Positions 22,978-35,534 of a stretch of DNA of 55,432 bases are shown here, in pieces. The notes under the pieces were generated by a model. It was given only the letters and a program-made list of their open reading frames with translations. It had not been told where the DNA came from and searched no databases. Source of the DNA: Octopus bimaculoides (lineage: Eukaryota); the NCBI RefSeq assembly GCF_001194135.2, contig NC_068982.1, positions 48,525,519-48,580,950 of the forward strand, written 5' to 3'. Position 1 is the first letter of the stretch. Every line of letters begins with the position of its first letter. A program made the translations under genes and the position numbers.

Positions 22978-23610
22978 TGTATATATAAAGGTTGTTTGGT
23001 ATGTATATGTATTTTAGCGTGAAAGTGTTTTTTTTTAACGGCTATATCTTTTAATTTATTTAAATTTATTATTATTTTTTTACCACTAATTATTTACCCT
23101 GGGTATTCAAGTCTTTTTTCCTTCTATCTAAGCTATTTTTGATTTAAGGGTTTTCTTTGATTTTTATTATACCATTTTTAAACTGCAATTGTAATTTCAT
23201 ACAACCAGTTATTGAAAAGACATTAGTTGAAAGGACCAATAAAACAAAGCCATTTTCAAATGTGTATCTATCAAAGTAATTGTATATTTATGCATATAAC
23301 CTTATTTTGTTCCATTCAAAACAAAAATGTCTGATGAATGGGAACATGAAACTTTGAGTAACAATTTTGGTGGTACTTTTGCTGCTTTTTAATAAAACAT
23401 TACTCTACCTCCAGTATTTGAGTACTATTTTTTCCACCCTGTTTCGCATTTATGTGCTTACTCTGGTATATATATATATATATATGAAACAAATGAAAGA
23501 AGATGGAATATGCGAGAATATATTATTAATCATAGCAGTTGTTTTGACACACAAAAACTGGTTCAGGAGTAACCGGTGGTGCAGACATATCTCGTTGGGT
23601 GATAAATAAA
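22978..23610 (+). mobile_element. Penelope-like terminal repeat region with a hammerhead
   Basis: Inverted homology to 21636-21840 and a canonical HHR at 23322-23369. Confidence 0.6.
23322..23369 (+). ncRNA. Minimal type I hammerhead ribozyme, canonical core
   Basis: CAAAAATGT-CTGATGA-ATG(GGAA)CAT-GAAAC(TTTGA)GTA^ACAATTTTG: stem I 8 of 9 bp, GNRA-capped stem II; predicted cleavage after 23360. Confidence 0.8.
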
Positions 23611-23987
23611 TTAAAAAACTCGTTAAAATGACTGTTCCATGATACAACTTTCCAAACACACACACACAGAGTTATAGTTACATGTGCATGGACATGCGTA
23701 TCCATGTCATCACATGATAACCAAACTTTCAGCAAACCTCACCTTGATACAGTATTATTCATTTGCAATCATCCAGAGAATCATGATTGGTTTTTTGCGC
23801 TGTTCATGTTTGAGTTTAAGTAAGGGAATTAATAACTTGTTTGAAAACAGATGAAGGCATCTAGCCACAGAGAATTGCTTCAATAGATGTCATCTGATCC
23901 ATGCAATGTATGGAAAAGTGAACATTAAAATGATGATGTTGAATATGTGTTAAATTTTGATTTATCTTAAAACTAGATTAAGAATAA

Positions 23988-24305
23988 GTGAAGGCACATA
24001 GCATAGTGGTTAGAGCATCAGACTCACAATCAATAGGTAGTGAGTTCAATTCATGAACCAGGTTGTGTGTTATGTTCTTGAAATAAGACACTTTATTTTA
24101 CATTGCTCCAGTTTATTCAGCTGTAGAAATGTGTGGTGGCATCACTGGTTCTAAGCTGTATTGGCCTTTGCCTTGCCCTTGGGTAACATCAGTAGCATAA
24201 AGAGGGAAGGATGGTATGTATGGGTGACTGCTGCTCTTCCATAAACAATCTTGCACAGACTTGTGCCTCAGAGGAGTACTTTCTAGGTGCAATCCCATGG
24301 TCATT
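23988..24305 (+). mobile_element. tRNA-derived SINE family A
   Basis: GTGAAGGCACATAGCATAGTGG A box, GAGTTCAATTC B box; collinear with 33637 and 52424. Confidence 0.88.
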
Positions 24306-24956
24306 TAACCTTTAAAAACAACAACATAATATTTACTGATGGGAGGACTCAATATCAAGAATAGAATTAAATTTATTGTGAATTCTACTGATATCTTTGT
24401 TTATATGTTGTCATACTACTGTCTTATTTCAATTGTTTGAATAATCAGCAAATCTATACATCACTTGAGGGGAGATGAATTCTTGCTATCTGTAGTAGCT
24501 GTGCATCCATCATGGACTAAACCAAAGAAAGTCGAAATCAAGGGATCTAGTGGTCTCAGCACTGGATGTGGTGGGGATTTATCTCCCAACTAGTGATATA
24601 AATAAAAGGGCACTTTGCACCAAAAGTGAATATGAGATTTTCTCCCATGGTATCTACCAAAGTATAATTTGTCCTACAGTTATGTCTAAATAGGGATAAA
24701 TATTATCTAACATGTCCTTTCTGCTTTTAAAAAGGTAGGGATTTGATGAGAGAAATTTGTCTTCTAATTCATTGCAAGTTCAGTGTTCACATGAGGGCTT
24801 CCTCGTTGGTCTACATGATAATTAGATGAACAGTTACAGCAATTGAGAGATAACTATGATTATGAAATACATAATCTCATTCAGCTGGGTTGTTATCTAG
24901 TAGCCAAGATTATGAATTTGCTTGTTTATGGAATTTCTTCAAGTCTGATGTATTAG

Positions 24957-25071
24957 TTGGCATTATGAAAAGGTGGATTATCTAAATGTGTTGAAAAGAT
25001 ACTGTTATGAAGCTGTGAGACCAGATGAAGACGAGATGGTGGTAGACAGAACCTTATTTTCAATGTTTCAG
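24957..25071 (+). CDS. Candidate coding exon (WHYEKVDYLNVLKRYCYEAVRPDEDEMVVDRTLFSMFQ), phase 2 to 0
   Basis: GATGTATTAG|T TGG...CAG|GTATGG; high-complexity protein-like sequence bracketed by in-frame stops just outside both splice sites. Confidence 0.65.
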
Positions 25072-25120
25072 GTATGGTAATTGCATCACTTCAGATTATA
25101 TGAGTGTAGTTTAGTGTTAG

Positions 25121-25157
25121 GATAGAGGATACTGGACTAAATGTGATAACAATATGG
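25121..25157 (+). CDS. Possible micro-exon (DRGYWTKCDNNM), phase 0 to 1
   Basis: GTGTTAG|GAT...ATG G|GTCAGT bridges the phase gap to 35436 but needs a 49-nt intron. Confidence 0.25.
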
Positions 25158-25166
25158 GTCAGTATT

Positions 25167-25500
25167 TGCATGGCTGTGTGGTAAGAAGTTTGCTTCTCAG
25201 CCACATGGTTCTGGGTTCAATCCCACTGCATAGCACTTAAACAAGTGTCTTCTACTGCATCCCTGGGTGATCAAAGCCTTGAAATTGGATTTGACAAATG
25301 GAAACTATGAAAGCCATTGTGTATGTATCTATGTATGTATGTCTTTGTCTCCCCTACCACCACTTGACAATTAGTGTTGGTTTGTTTATGTCCCTATAAC
25401 TTAGTGGCTTGGTAAAAAGTAACCAATCGAATAACTACCAGACTTAGAAAAAAAAAGTTGGTCACGGACTAATGACTGAATCAAGTGAAAGATAGATAGA
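25167..25500 (+). mobile_element. SINE family B
   Basis: GCATGGCTGTGTGGTAAGAAG..GGGTTCAATCCCACTGC head and shared body. Confidence 0.85.
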
Positions 25501-26261
25501 AGAATGTGAAAACAAACACCCTATCTAATGTAGAAAAGAAGAAAAATATTTTTGAGGTTTAAGAAACCTTAATTGAAAACTAAACAATATATTATATAAC
25601 ATTGAATCTAAACAATACTGACTCAGTTATGACATAACAAAGACATGTGACTTTATTAGGTGAATGGTAGAGTGTGACAATTAAATCAGCTCATAAACAT
25701 TAAGAGATCCTCTAATGCTTTATGAATCAATGAAAATCCATAGCCTTTTATAATACTATGATTGATAAAATAATGTGAATGAAAAAGATTTTGCAGAATT
25801 ACTGCTACACCTAAACAAGCATACATCTAATGCAATTAGATCAACTAATACAAAAGGAAAAGCTGCACATACTACATGCTCATTTCAAACCTTCCTAAAG
25901 CAATTATCTTTTGAATAAACAGATTTCCAAATATCCAATTCAGGCAGAATATGTGCACTAGCCTATTGTATAATTAAAATTATTGAGACAAAAGATTCAG
26001 AGCTTATTTGATATATTCAGTTGAATGTATGTAATGTAACAAATGTTACATAGGCAGCACCATCAACCTGTTGTTATACAGGCATCATTGTCATTCTGCT
26101 CATATAAACACATTAAAGAACATGTGAATGAAAAATCGTTGTTTATGAAATGGGATCTAGATACCTAACTGTGTATGAGGTTAAAGCTTATATCAAGGAC
26201 TGCAGTAGGAACATTGAACATTTTTATGTTAATATCTCTTTTCTCTTCTATCTAATTTTTG

Positions 26262-26640
26262 TCTCAGTCATTAGACTGCTGGGGCACCACCTTGAAAAAT
26301 TTTTAGTCGAATGACTCAACCCTCGGTAATTTTTTTAATTTTTTTTTAAAGCCTGGTACTTATTCTGACAGTCTATTTTGCTGAACCACTAAGTTATGGG
26401 GATGTAATCACAGCAACACTGTTTGTTGAGTGGTGGTGGGGGCCAAACAGACACACCCAAAAATATACATGTATATATTCAACAGGCTTCTCTCAGTTTC
26501 AGTACCGAATCCACTCGGGAGGCTTTGGTCAGCCCAAGGCTATAGTAGAAAACAGTAACAAGAGGTATCACATAGTGGAACTGAACCCAGAACCATGTGG
26601 TTGGGAAGGAAACTTCTTACCATATAGTCAAGCCTGTGTC
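26262..26640 (-). mobile_element. SINE family B
   Basis: Collinear with 42620-43003. Confidence 0.8.
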
Positions 26641-27082
26641 TATTAACATATTAAATATTTAAAGATGGTGGATAAGCTAAGTTGTTAGCATGCTGGATGG
26701 CATGTATGATATTTGTTTTAACTCTCTTCGCTCTGAGTTCAAAATTTACCCGAGTCAGTTTTTTTCCTTTCGTTCATTTAAGGTTGATAAAAAAGTTCTA
26801 ATTCAGGATGGTGAATTGGCAGAGTGTTAGACTGTTAGGCAAGATGTTTTGCAGGATCTCTTCCAGGTATTTGTGCTCTGACAGCAACACCTGCAACAAA
26901 ACACTGATGCCAAGTTGTATTGGCTCAAGTCAATGGCTTTTTTTTTACTTCTTAAATAAGCATCTGTGGTGTATAGAGGGAAGACTTACAGGTTTGGATA
27001 ACTGCCTGTCTCCTTAAAAAAAAAAAAATTCTTGCCCAGGCTTGTACATACATGATCAGCTTTGACCAAAAGAGCCCTATAT

Positions 27083-27433
27083 CATTGGCTCTTAACCGGG
27101 TCTGTATATCATCTGAGGGTCCTAATTAGATTTTGGTGGGGTCCATACAACACAATAGTAAATTGAGGATCCACAATAGTATTTTAAGGGCCCCTGGAAA
27201 GATTTTGTTTTAGATGTATGCATTGGTATGTATTGCAGAAACAGCTAGGTTTTTTTTTTCTCTGACATTTTACATAATTCAACCTACACAAATTAATAGG
27301 TAAAAAACAAAATAGGAATTTTGAAAGAAATTTCTATAACAGTAGTTTTTAAACATTGAGTGACTATGGGGGTCCACCAGAGTAGAATAGTAATCAAAGG
27401 GGTTCATAGATACAAAATGGTTGAAAACCCCTG
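27083..27433. mobile_element. hAT MITE
   Basis: Ends CATTGGCTCTTAACC / GGTTGAAAACCCCTG; perfect 8-bp TSD CCCTATAT; interior shared with 40217-40500. Confidence 0.85.
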
Positions 27434-27449
27434 CCCTATATTAACCAAG

Positions 27450-27826
27450 TGGAGACGCAATGGCCCAGTGGTTAGGGCAGCGGACTCGTGGTCATAGGAT
27501 CGCGGTTTCAACTCCCAGACCGGGCGTTGTGAGTGTTTATTGAGCGAAAACACCTAAAGCTCCACGAGGCTCCGGCAGGGGATGGTGGTGAACCCTGCTG
27601 TACTCTTCCACCACAATTTTCTCTCACTCTTACTTCCTGTTGTGCCTGTAATTCAAAGGGGCCAGCCTTGTCACGCTGTGTCATGCTGAATATCCCCAAG
27701 TACTACATTAAGGGTACACGTGTCTGTGGAGTGCTCAGCCACTTGCACGTTAATTTCATGAGCAGGCTGTTCCATTGATCGGATCAACTGGAACCCTCAA
27801 CGTCGTAAGCGACGGAGTGCCAACAA
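27450..27826 (+). mobile_element. Full-length tRNA-derived SINE (same family as 15601)
   Basis: Near-identical sequence; degenerate TSD TATATTAACCAA / TACATTAATCAA. Confidence 0.92.
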
Positions 27827-28659
27827 TACATTAATCAAACACACTAAACCATACCAAACCCAAATCAACCATCAGAAGGAACTTCAATACCAGTTATATG
27901 GAACCTATGACATACATGTAAGTCGTTACGACATACATGTAAGTCGTTACAACACACAGTAGGTTTATAGGTGACATGTGATGGATTTTAAAAAAAGTAT
28001 TTTCTTTACAGGATCTTGTTATATCAAGCTTGTCTATAAGCATTAATCTAAACTAAAATATATGTATACACATGCGACACTCTAATAAAAGGATTATTAA
28101 ATAGATTAATATTTCGACATGTTGGGGTAAAATGTTTTACTATCATTATTCTTGATTGTCATAGATGTAGGGATTGATTTTAATATAATAGCTCCAAACT
28201 ATACTCCCCATAATGCAGTGTATTTCTAAGCATGTTGATGGTTCAGGGGATTATTAAGTTCATATTGTTTTAAATTGTCCTTTCATGAACAAGGCTTGTT
28301 AAAATCAACATATTGATATTTTTCTTCTTTCATATTTAAACAAAGCATCAGTGAGGAAATAAACATTTAAAGTAGGATAAAAATGCAAAAAGCCCAAGCT
28401 CTCATATTTTTCTCTTTTCCCTATTCTTTTTATGTCAACACCAGCATTTTTAAATGTGAACATATTTGCTGCCCAGTCCCAGGTTACTCATCTATAAATT
28501 TAATTGAACAAATTTATTTTCCCCTTTTTTCTGAAGTATTGTTGTCTTCATCGTTCATTGCTAACTATATTGATCTGGCCTTTTAATATTTTGAGTGAAA
28601 TAAGGGCGATAGATTAGCTAAACCCTTAGGGAATTGAACAAAATGCAGTTTGGTATTTA

Positions 28660-29010
28660 GTTATGATTCTTATTTCTTTACTGCCCACAAGGGGCGGCAC
28701 ACAGAGGAGCCAAACAAATACAGACAAACGGATTAAGTCAATTATATCGACAACAGGGCATAACTGGTACTTATTTAATCGAACCCAAAAGGATGAAAGG
28801 CAAAGTCGACCTCGGCAGAATTTGAACTCAGAACATAATGGCAGACGAAATACCACTAAGCATTTTGCCTGGCCTGCTAACGTTTCTGCCAGCTCGCTGC
28901 TTTTAGTTATGATTCTATATGTTTTGTGTTCAAATCCTGCTGAAACTAACTTTGCCTTTCATCCTTGCAGGGATTGATAAAATAAATACTAGTCAATACT
29001 CGAAGCTAGT
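28660..29010. mobile_element. Two SINE family D pieces in opposite orientation
   Basis: Minus copy 28660-28900, then plus partial GTTCAAATCCTGCTGAAACTAACTTTGCCTTTCATCC. Confidence 0.7.
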
Positions 29011-29055
29011 ATATCTGGACATGTTTTTCTTCCAAAGTTGAGGCTTTGTACATAT

Positions 29056-29283
29056 TTTTACTTGTTTCAATCATTTGACTGCGACCATGCTGGGGCACCA
29101 CCTTAAAGGAGATTTTCAGTTGAAGAAATCGACCCCAGTACTTATTCTTTGTAAGCCTAGTATTTATTCTATCAGTCTCTTTTGATGAACTGCTAAGTTA
29201 TAGGGATGGAAACACATCAGCATCAATTGTCAAGTGATGATGGGAAGACAAACACAGACACAAAGACACACACATAAATATAA

Positions 29284-29333
<50 letters not shown>

Positions 29334-29482
29334 CATGGGCTTCTTTCAGTTTCTGTCTACAAATCCACTCACAAGGCTTTGATTGGCCTAAGTAGAAGAC
29401 GCTTACCCAAATTGCCAGGCAGTGGGACTGAGCACAGAACCATGAGGCTGGGAAGCAAGCTTCTCACCACACAGCAATGCCT
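29056..29482 (-). mobile_element. SINE family B with an internal (AT)n expansion
   Basis: Collinear with 42620-43003. Confidence 0.85.
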
Positions 29483-29799
29483 GATAATATATACATATGT
29501 AAGATACCAACATTTCGATTAAAGTAGTAAATTAAGTGGAGCATAACTAGAATAAGACCAAATCAATTATCAGTGTTTAATTAGTAGGTGACTCCTTAAT
29601 TGCATGACTGCATATCTGAACATAGTAAACTAGAATTAACCATCATCATGTATACCAATAATAGCCTATGTTTATCTCACTTGCCTCTACAAAGAGCAAC
29701 CCTAAAATCTATTATCAAATGAAAACAGGGTAGAACAGACAACACACATACACACGCACATAGATATATACACACACATACATGTATCTCTCTCTCTGA

Positions 29800-30236
29800 C
29801 TGGGTAACCATGTACTTTCTCCACAGCAAAACACCTATTTCTGTCTCTCTGTCATGCTCTAACATTTCATCATCTGGCACAAGATCGACTTCTCCAGTAA
29901 CCCCTCCCCTCTCAAAAGACCATTGTGACTTTGCCAGGGCTGGTGCCATGTAAAAAGTGTCCAATGCACAATGTAAAAGTGGGTGGCATTTGAAAGGGCA
30001 TCCTGCTACATAAAAAAACCTTGCCAAAACTGATCTTGCCTGTGTTGGTGTTATGTAAAAAGCACTCAGTCCATTTTGCAGAGAGGTTGGTGTTAGGAAG
30101 GGCATCCAGCCATAAAAACCATGCCAAAACAGACTGGAAAGCATGGTGCAGTCTTCTGCCAAGCCAGCTCTTGACAAAACTGTCCAACAGCATAGAAAGC
30201 AGACATTAAATAATGATGATGATGATGATGATGATA
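29800..30236 (+). mobile_element. RTE-type 3' UTR ending in (GAT)n
   Basis: TTAGGAAGGGCATCCAGCC...AGACATTAAATAATGATGATG tail. Confidence 0.75.
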
Positions 30237-31604
30237 GTATACACATACACACACACACACATATATTATATATACACATGTAAAACAATCAGATGCCTGA
30301 GCTATCACATTGTAATCTATATCATGTACCAAAGTATCGTGCAACTTTGATTCTGCATATCAAAGTGCACTGTCTCAGAGACTCTGTGAGACAAAGACAT
30401 GGCATATTTATACAATGGACATGCAAGTCGCAGTTAGTCTGTTACTGATTATCTACATTATAGATTTGCTTAACAAAAGTAACAAAACCAAGTCAACTTT
30501 TATTACGTGTTTCATGATATAAAATGATGCAAATTATAGTCTATAATATAAATTATTTCAAAATTTCCACTATCCTTCTAGAACTGATAGAATTTTTCTT
30601 TTGAATTATGGTCATCTCAAACATTAAAGAAAAAGTTAAAAACAAAAGAAAATAACAACAGCCAAAAAAAAATTTGCCACATCATATTAATGATATTTTT
30701 CTTGCAAGACACAAAGCATGTAAATAGATTTAAAAACATACTCATTTCATGCCAGACTAAAGATAATTGCATTATTCTTTGTCTGTGAGATATTGATTTA
30801 CTATAAAGAGGGTTAAAAATTTTAGCAGAATGGAATGACCATTACTTTTGAGTATCTGTACCTGATTTCCCTTACTGCAAGCATTTAGGAAATTATTATT
30901 CAGTTGATTGCCAAGAACTTCTTTTCAGATGAATACTTTAAAAGATTCTATTTTCCTATAATGTTTTTACTTCACTAAGAAATTATTGAACAAGCTTGTG
31001 AACACTCTGCTTTCTTCTTAAGCTATTTAGTAAGATTAAGAGCGTATTATCAAAAACTGTAAAATTCTTGGCTACATTTCAAAACTTCAGCATCACTTTT
31101 CCAATCATTTGTGGTAGATATCATGAAGCATAAGCCTCTATCACCACTATCATTATGCAGCACCTTACCATCATTATTTTTTGTTCTTTTATCCATCTCA
31201 TTATCTGTCATTCTTCTTTTGAAAAAACAAAAGATAATGATCAATATAACAGGGTAGAAAATTATAATGATTGGCAACTGAACAGTAGAGAAAATCACCT
31301 TATATGATAAACCACTGCATGCTAGAATTCCCACGTGGCCTTCAACAAGTTGGTTTCATAGTAGATCCATACTGATGAGTCAGCAAATTTCACCCAGATG
31401 CATGACTGGTTACCTACGTGATTGGAGTACTTGAACAAGGTTGGCTAAAGATACAAGCAAAAAAAACCAAAAAAAAAACCAGCAATAACCATCATTTGTT
31501 TATTTGCCTTATGTATTAAATCTCAAAAGCTTTTCTTTTCTTTTATTGTTTATAGCTTTGTATGTGTGCTTTGAGATTCACTATTCCAAAAAGGAATTAT
31601 ATAT

Positions 31605-32075
31605 GCATATGGATGAGGACAGCTGCATGAAGAAGTGCTAGGCTCTAATTGTGGAGGGAAACTGGAAGGGGTAGACCAGGAAGATATGGGACAAAGTGAT
31701 GAGGAAGAATCTTCGGGTTGCTGGGCCTCACAGAGGAAATGACAAGGGACTGGGAGATGTGGTGATTTACTATACTTGATAGGATACATCAAGCTAAGCA
31801 AAATCACTATCTTCCATACATACAGGCTTGTTCTCTCAGGTGCCAGTACCACATAAAAAGCATCTGTGCTGGCGCTGCATACACACATCCATGCTGGTGG
31901 CATGTAAAAAGCACCCAGCACACTGTTAAGTAGTTGGCATTAAGAAGGGCATCCAGCAGTAGAAACTGTGCCACAACAGACTATTAGAGTCTGGACAGCT
32001 CCCCAGCTGGCCAGCCCCATGTCAAACCGTCCAACCCATGCCAGCATGGAAAACAGGTATCAAATGATGATGATG
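31605..32075 (+). mobile_element. RTE-type LINE 3' end (ORF2 C-terminus plus UTR and (GAT)n)
   Basis: MDEDSCMKKC*ALIVEG..TRKIWDKVMRKNLR/LGLTEEMTRDWEMW, like the RTE C-terminal R...GRPR..W...V..DL motif, followed by the shared tail. Confidence 0.75.
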
Positions 32076-32099
32076 GTAATTTAATACACACACACATAC

Positions 32100-32375
32100 A
32101 ATGTCCTTCCACATAGTTTCCATGAACCAAATTCACTTACAAAGCATTGGTCATCCCAGGGATATAGTAGAAGACACTTGCTCAAGGTACCACATATTGA
32201 GATTGAATCTGAAACCATATGGTTGCAAAGGGATATGATAGAAGATACTTATATAGTAGAATATAGTACAAGGGATATAGTAGAAGATACTTGCCCAAGG
32301 TATCACATATTGAGATTGAATCTGAAACCATACGGTTGCAAAACAAATTTCGTAACCACACAGCTATGCTTGTGC
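32100..32375 (-). mobile_element. SINE family B 5' half with an internal tandem duplication
   Basis: GGGATATAGTAGAAGA.ACTTGC.CAAGGTA.CACATATTGAGATTGAATCTGAAACCATA occurs twice. Confidence 0.8.
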
Positions 32376-33267
32376 CTTTCCTAATGAATTGTAAGGTAAG
32401 TTTATGGATTTAAGCTATACACTGTAAAATAAGCAGCAATTATTTCATCATAAAGCTGTAAGATGAGAGAACTACATAAAACAACTAATGAAATGTTTCT
32501 ACATTTCCTTCTACTGAATTAATAGCAACTAACAACAATAATAAATAGTAACAAAGAGATATTATAAAGGAAATGATAAGAAAAGAAACAAACTTATCGC
32601 GTGGCAATTTGAGGGTTTCCTGTGTTTATATCAATATCTTTGTCTTTAAATTATTCCTCAAGGAAAGGTTACTTACAATACTTAATTTATGAAGACTTAA
32701 AAAACAACAAACCTCATGTAATCACTAAATAGTTTTATTTTTAATCTCAAGACAGTTTTCAGCAGATTTCAGTGGTAATATCATACATAGTTAATACCAC
32801 CTTATCTGAGAATACTAATAGCTTTAATACTTATTATAAAACTAATTCAAACGTCAAATTAAATAAAATCATATGACTTTAAATGTGATTTCACATACTT
32901 TTTTTTTTATTTATTTACATTTATTTTCTTTTTTTCTTCTTCATTGTTTGGGATTTACTAATTTGAAAACTTGGAATTGAAATAATTGGTTTTTATTCCT
33001 GAATACACAACTCAAAGTCAGCTGTTATGTCATATATAGTAGAATGATGTGTGTGTTTCCAAGCTTTATTTAAACTGATGTATAAATACAAGATACAGCA
33101 TATGTCTCTTTAGCAGGTCTTAAATTCATAAATTCTTATAATTTAACTCTTTTGATCCCCACATGGGACTGTCCCCGATTCTATAACACATATTTATTGT
33201 TTTTAAGTGATTTAAATAATAATCTCCCATCACAGCTTTATGTTATTTATTCCAGAGAGCAGTTTAA

Positions 33268-33487
33268 CCCTTTAGCATTCAGGTTACTCTGTCAAATGTG
33301 ATGCTTATTTATTCACAATATTTTGAATTAATTATGCTTTATCTCAGAGCTTCAAGATTTCCATGATGTGATTGTATATTTTTAGAATGACATTGTAGGG
33401 AAGATGTGAGAGACTGGATCTAGTCAGTTAGAACATAGTACTGGTAGAATATTTGGGCTGGATATGGTCAGTTTAAATGCTAGAAAG
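33268..33487. mobile_element. piggyBac-like MITE
   Basis: TTAA|CCCTTTAGCATT...AAATGCTAGAAAG|TTAG; second copy at 34379. Confidence 0.7.
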
Positions 33488-33636
33488 TTAGCAACTAGAA
33501 GGTTATTTTAGTAAATTTTTCATTATTTAAACAATTATTGAAACATATGTCAACAGAAATATGGTAAGAAAGGGATTAAAGTATCAGTATTAAAACCCTT
33601 TAAGCTCAAAGACATATTAAACATCTTGTAGTCATT

Positions 33637-33974
33637 GTGAAGGCACATGGCTCAGTGATTAGAGTGCTGGGCTCATAATTACAAGGTGGTGAGTTTGATT
33701 TCTGGACCAGGCTGTGTTATGTGTTCTTGAGCAAGACACTTTATTTTACGTTACTTCAGTTCACTCAGCTGTAAAAATGAGTTGCGACATCACTTGTGCC
33801 AAGCTATATTGGCCTTTGCCTTTCCCTTGGATAACATTGGTGGCATGGAGAGGGAAGGCTGTTATGCATGGGCAACTGCTGGTCTTCCATAAAGAAACTT
33901 GCCTGGACTTGTGCCTCAGAAGGGAACTTTCTAGGTGCAATCCCATGGTCATTCTTGACTGAAAGGAGTCTTTT
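33637..33974 (+). mobile_element. tRNA-derived SINE family A
   Basis: Collinear with 23988 and 52424. Confidence 0.88.
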
Positions 33975-34074
33975 TAGTCATTACAATATATTTGCTGATT
34001 AAGTAAATACTGCAACACAGCTTGTCAGTCCAGCTAACAATCCCAACAATTTATTTCCCCATTTCATAATGGTT

Positions 34075-34278
34075 TCAAATTTTGGCACAAGGCCACCATC
34101 TTCAGGAGAAGTGTTAGGTCAATTACATCGACCTCAGTACTCAACTAGTGCTTGTTCTATCAACCCTGAAAGGTAAAGCTGACCTTGGCAGAATTTGAAT
34201 TCAGGATGTAAAGACAGATGGAATGGCACTAAGAATTTTGTCTGGTGTGCTTATGATTCTGCCAGCTTGCTACCTTTA
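34075..34278 (-). mobile_element. SINE family D
   Basis: Shared conserved block. Confidence 0.8.
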
Positions 34279-34378
34279 TTTCTCTGTTAATAATAATATT
34301 CATAACTTATATTTTGTCAAAATAGTTTCATCTTCTTTAGTGTAAACTCATTAATAGACATTAAGTCAAAAGGATTAA

Positions 34379-34593
34379 GCCTTTAGCATTCAAATTAATC
34401 TGTCAAATGTAATGTATATTGACATTGTTTCTACTTAATCATGCATTATCTCACAACTTAAAGATTTCAATGATTGGTTGTATATTTTTATACTGACATT
34501 GTAGGGTAGTTGTAAGAGGCTGGATCTAGCCAGTTTGAACATAAAACAGGTAGAATATTTGGGCAGGATATGGTCATTCTAAATGCTGAAGTG
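34379..34593. mobile_element. piggyBac-like MITE
   Basis: TTAA|GCCTTTAGCATT...AAATGCTGAAGTG|TTAA. Confidence 0.75.
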
Positions 34594-35435
34594 TTAAATA
34601 AGTAAAAGCATTTACGCCACAACTTATCGCATTTCAAGTAATAATGCTATCCTGATATTATGAATTAGCTTAATGATTTCAAAAGAAGTGAATCAGTGGT
34701 TAGGTTTTATATAACTCTCATTCTTAAGATTGAAAATTTGGTTCCTGATCTGGGAAGTGTGTTGTGTCCTCATGCATTTTACTTAACCATGTCCCAGTTT
34801 ACACAGCTAGCAACAATAAGTTTTCAGACAAAAGGAGCACCAAACTGCTATATCCTATCTTTACTATTTACAGTGATTTCAAATCAACTTCAAGTCAGAA
34901 CCAACAATAAAGTATTTATCAAATATGAATTGTTTCATTACTGACCCTCCCAACATTGAAAAATGGATGTCAAATGAAGATATATTTAGAACTACATTAT
35001 TCTTTTTGTATTTAATTTCTTATGCTGGACATGGTGTGGCCTGAGATTCTTTTGATCTTCTTTTGCCCTGCTACTAAAGACAATCTATTTGTGATTATCC
35101 CAACTGTTTGAAAGTATTTGAAACTAGATTATATAAATTGATCCTTTCTTTATTTAAGATGCTAAAATGTGATTTGAAAGAAATTTTACTGCTATTTCTA
35201 ATTGACAGAGTAACCATGTAGAGGCTTCCCTCAGAAGCCCATAAAAACATTGTGCTTTGGATATGATATTGGTTAGTTATTTATAAAAAATGGGTCTTGA
35301 ATTAACAAAAGTTTTACTGCATTTTTGTGGATTTTTGTTTTCTTTTGTTTTTGTTGTTGTTGCTTTTTCCTGACTTCTTAGAATTAGTCTGCTTCCATCT
35401 TTCTTCAAATTAGAAACTGGTAATTATTACTTTAG

Positions 35436-35500
35436 ACCTAAAGAAATCAATTCCTTATTCTGCCAATAAATTTGCACTGAAGGAGAGGGAAGTGTTTTTG
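35436..35500 (+). CDS. Candidate coding exon (LKKSIPYSANKFALKEREVFL), phase 1 to 0
   Basis: TATTACTTTAG|AC CTA...TTG|GTGAGC; only one frame is open. Confidence 0.6.
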
Positions 35501-35534
35501 GTGAGCTGTAACAGTGTTAGTACAAGTAGCAAAA

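Noticed and set aside
30700-31334. Faint piggyBac-transposase-like peptides on the minus strand
   Set aside because: Too many stops and too little motif identity to support by eye
31372-31425. CTGATGA-GTCA...TGAC
   Set aside because: Stem II-like pairing is followed by TGGTT, not GAAA
32364-32400. Strong donor AAG|GTAAGT
   Set aside because: The upstream sequence is SINE-derived and has a stop in the phase the exon chain requires
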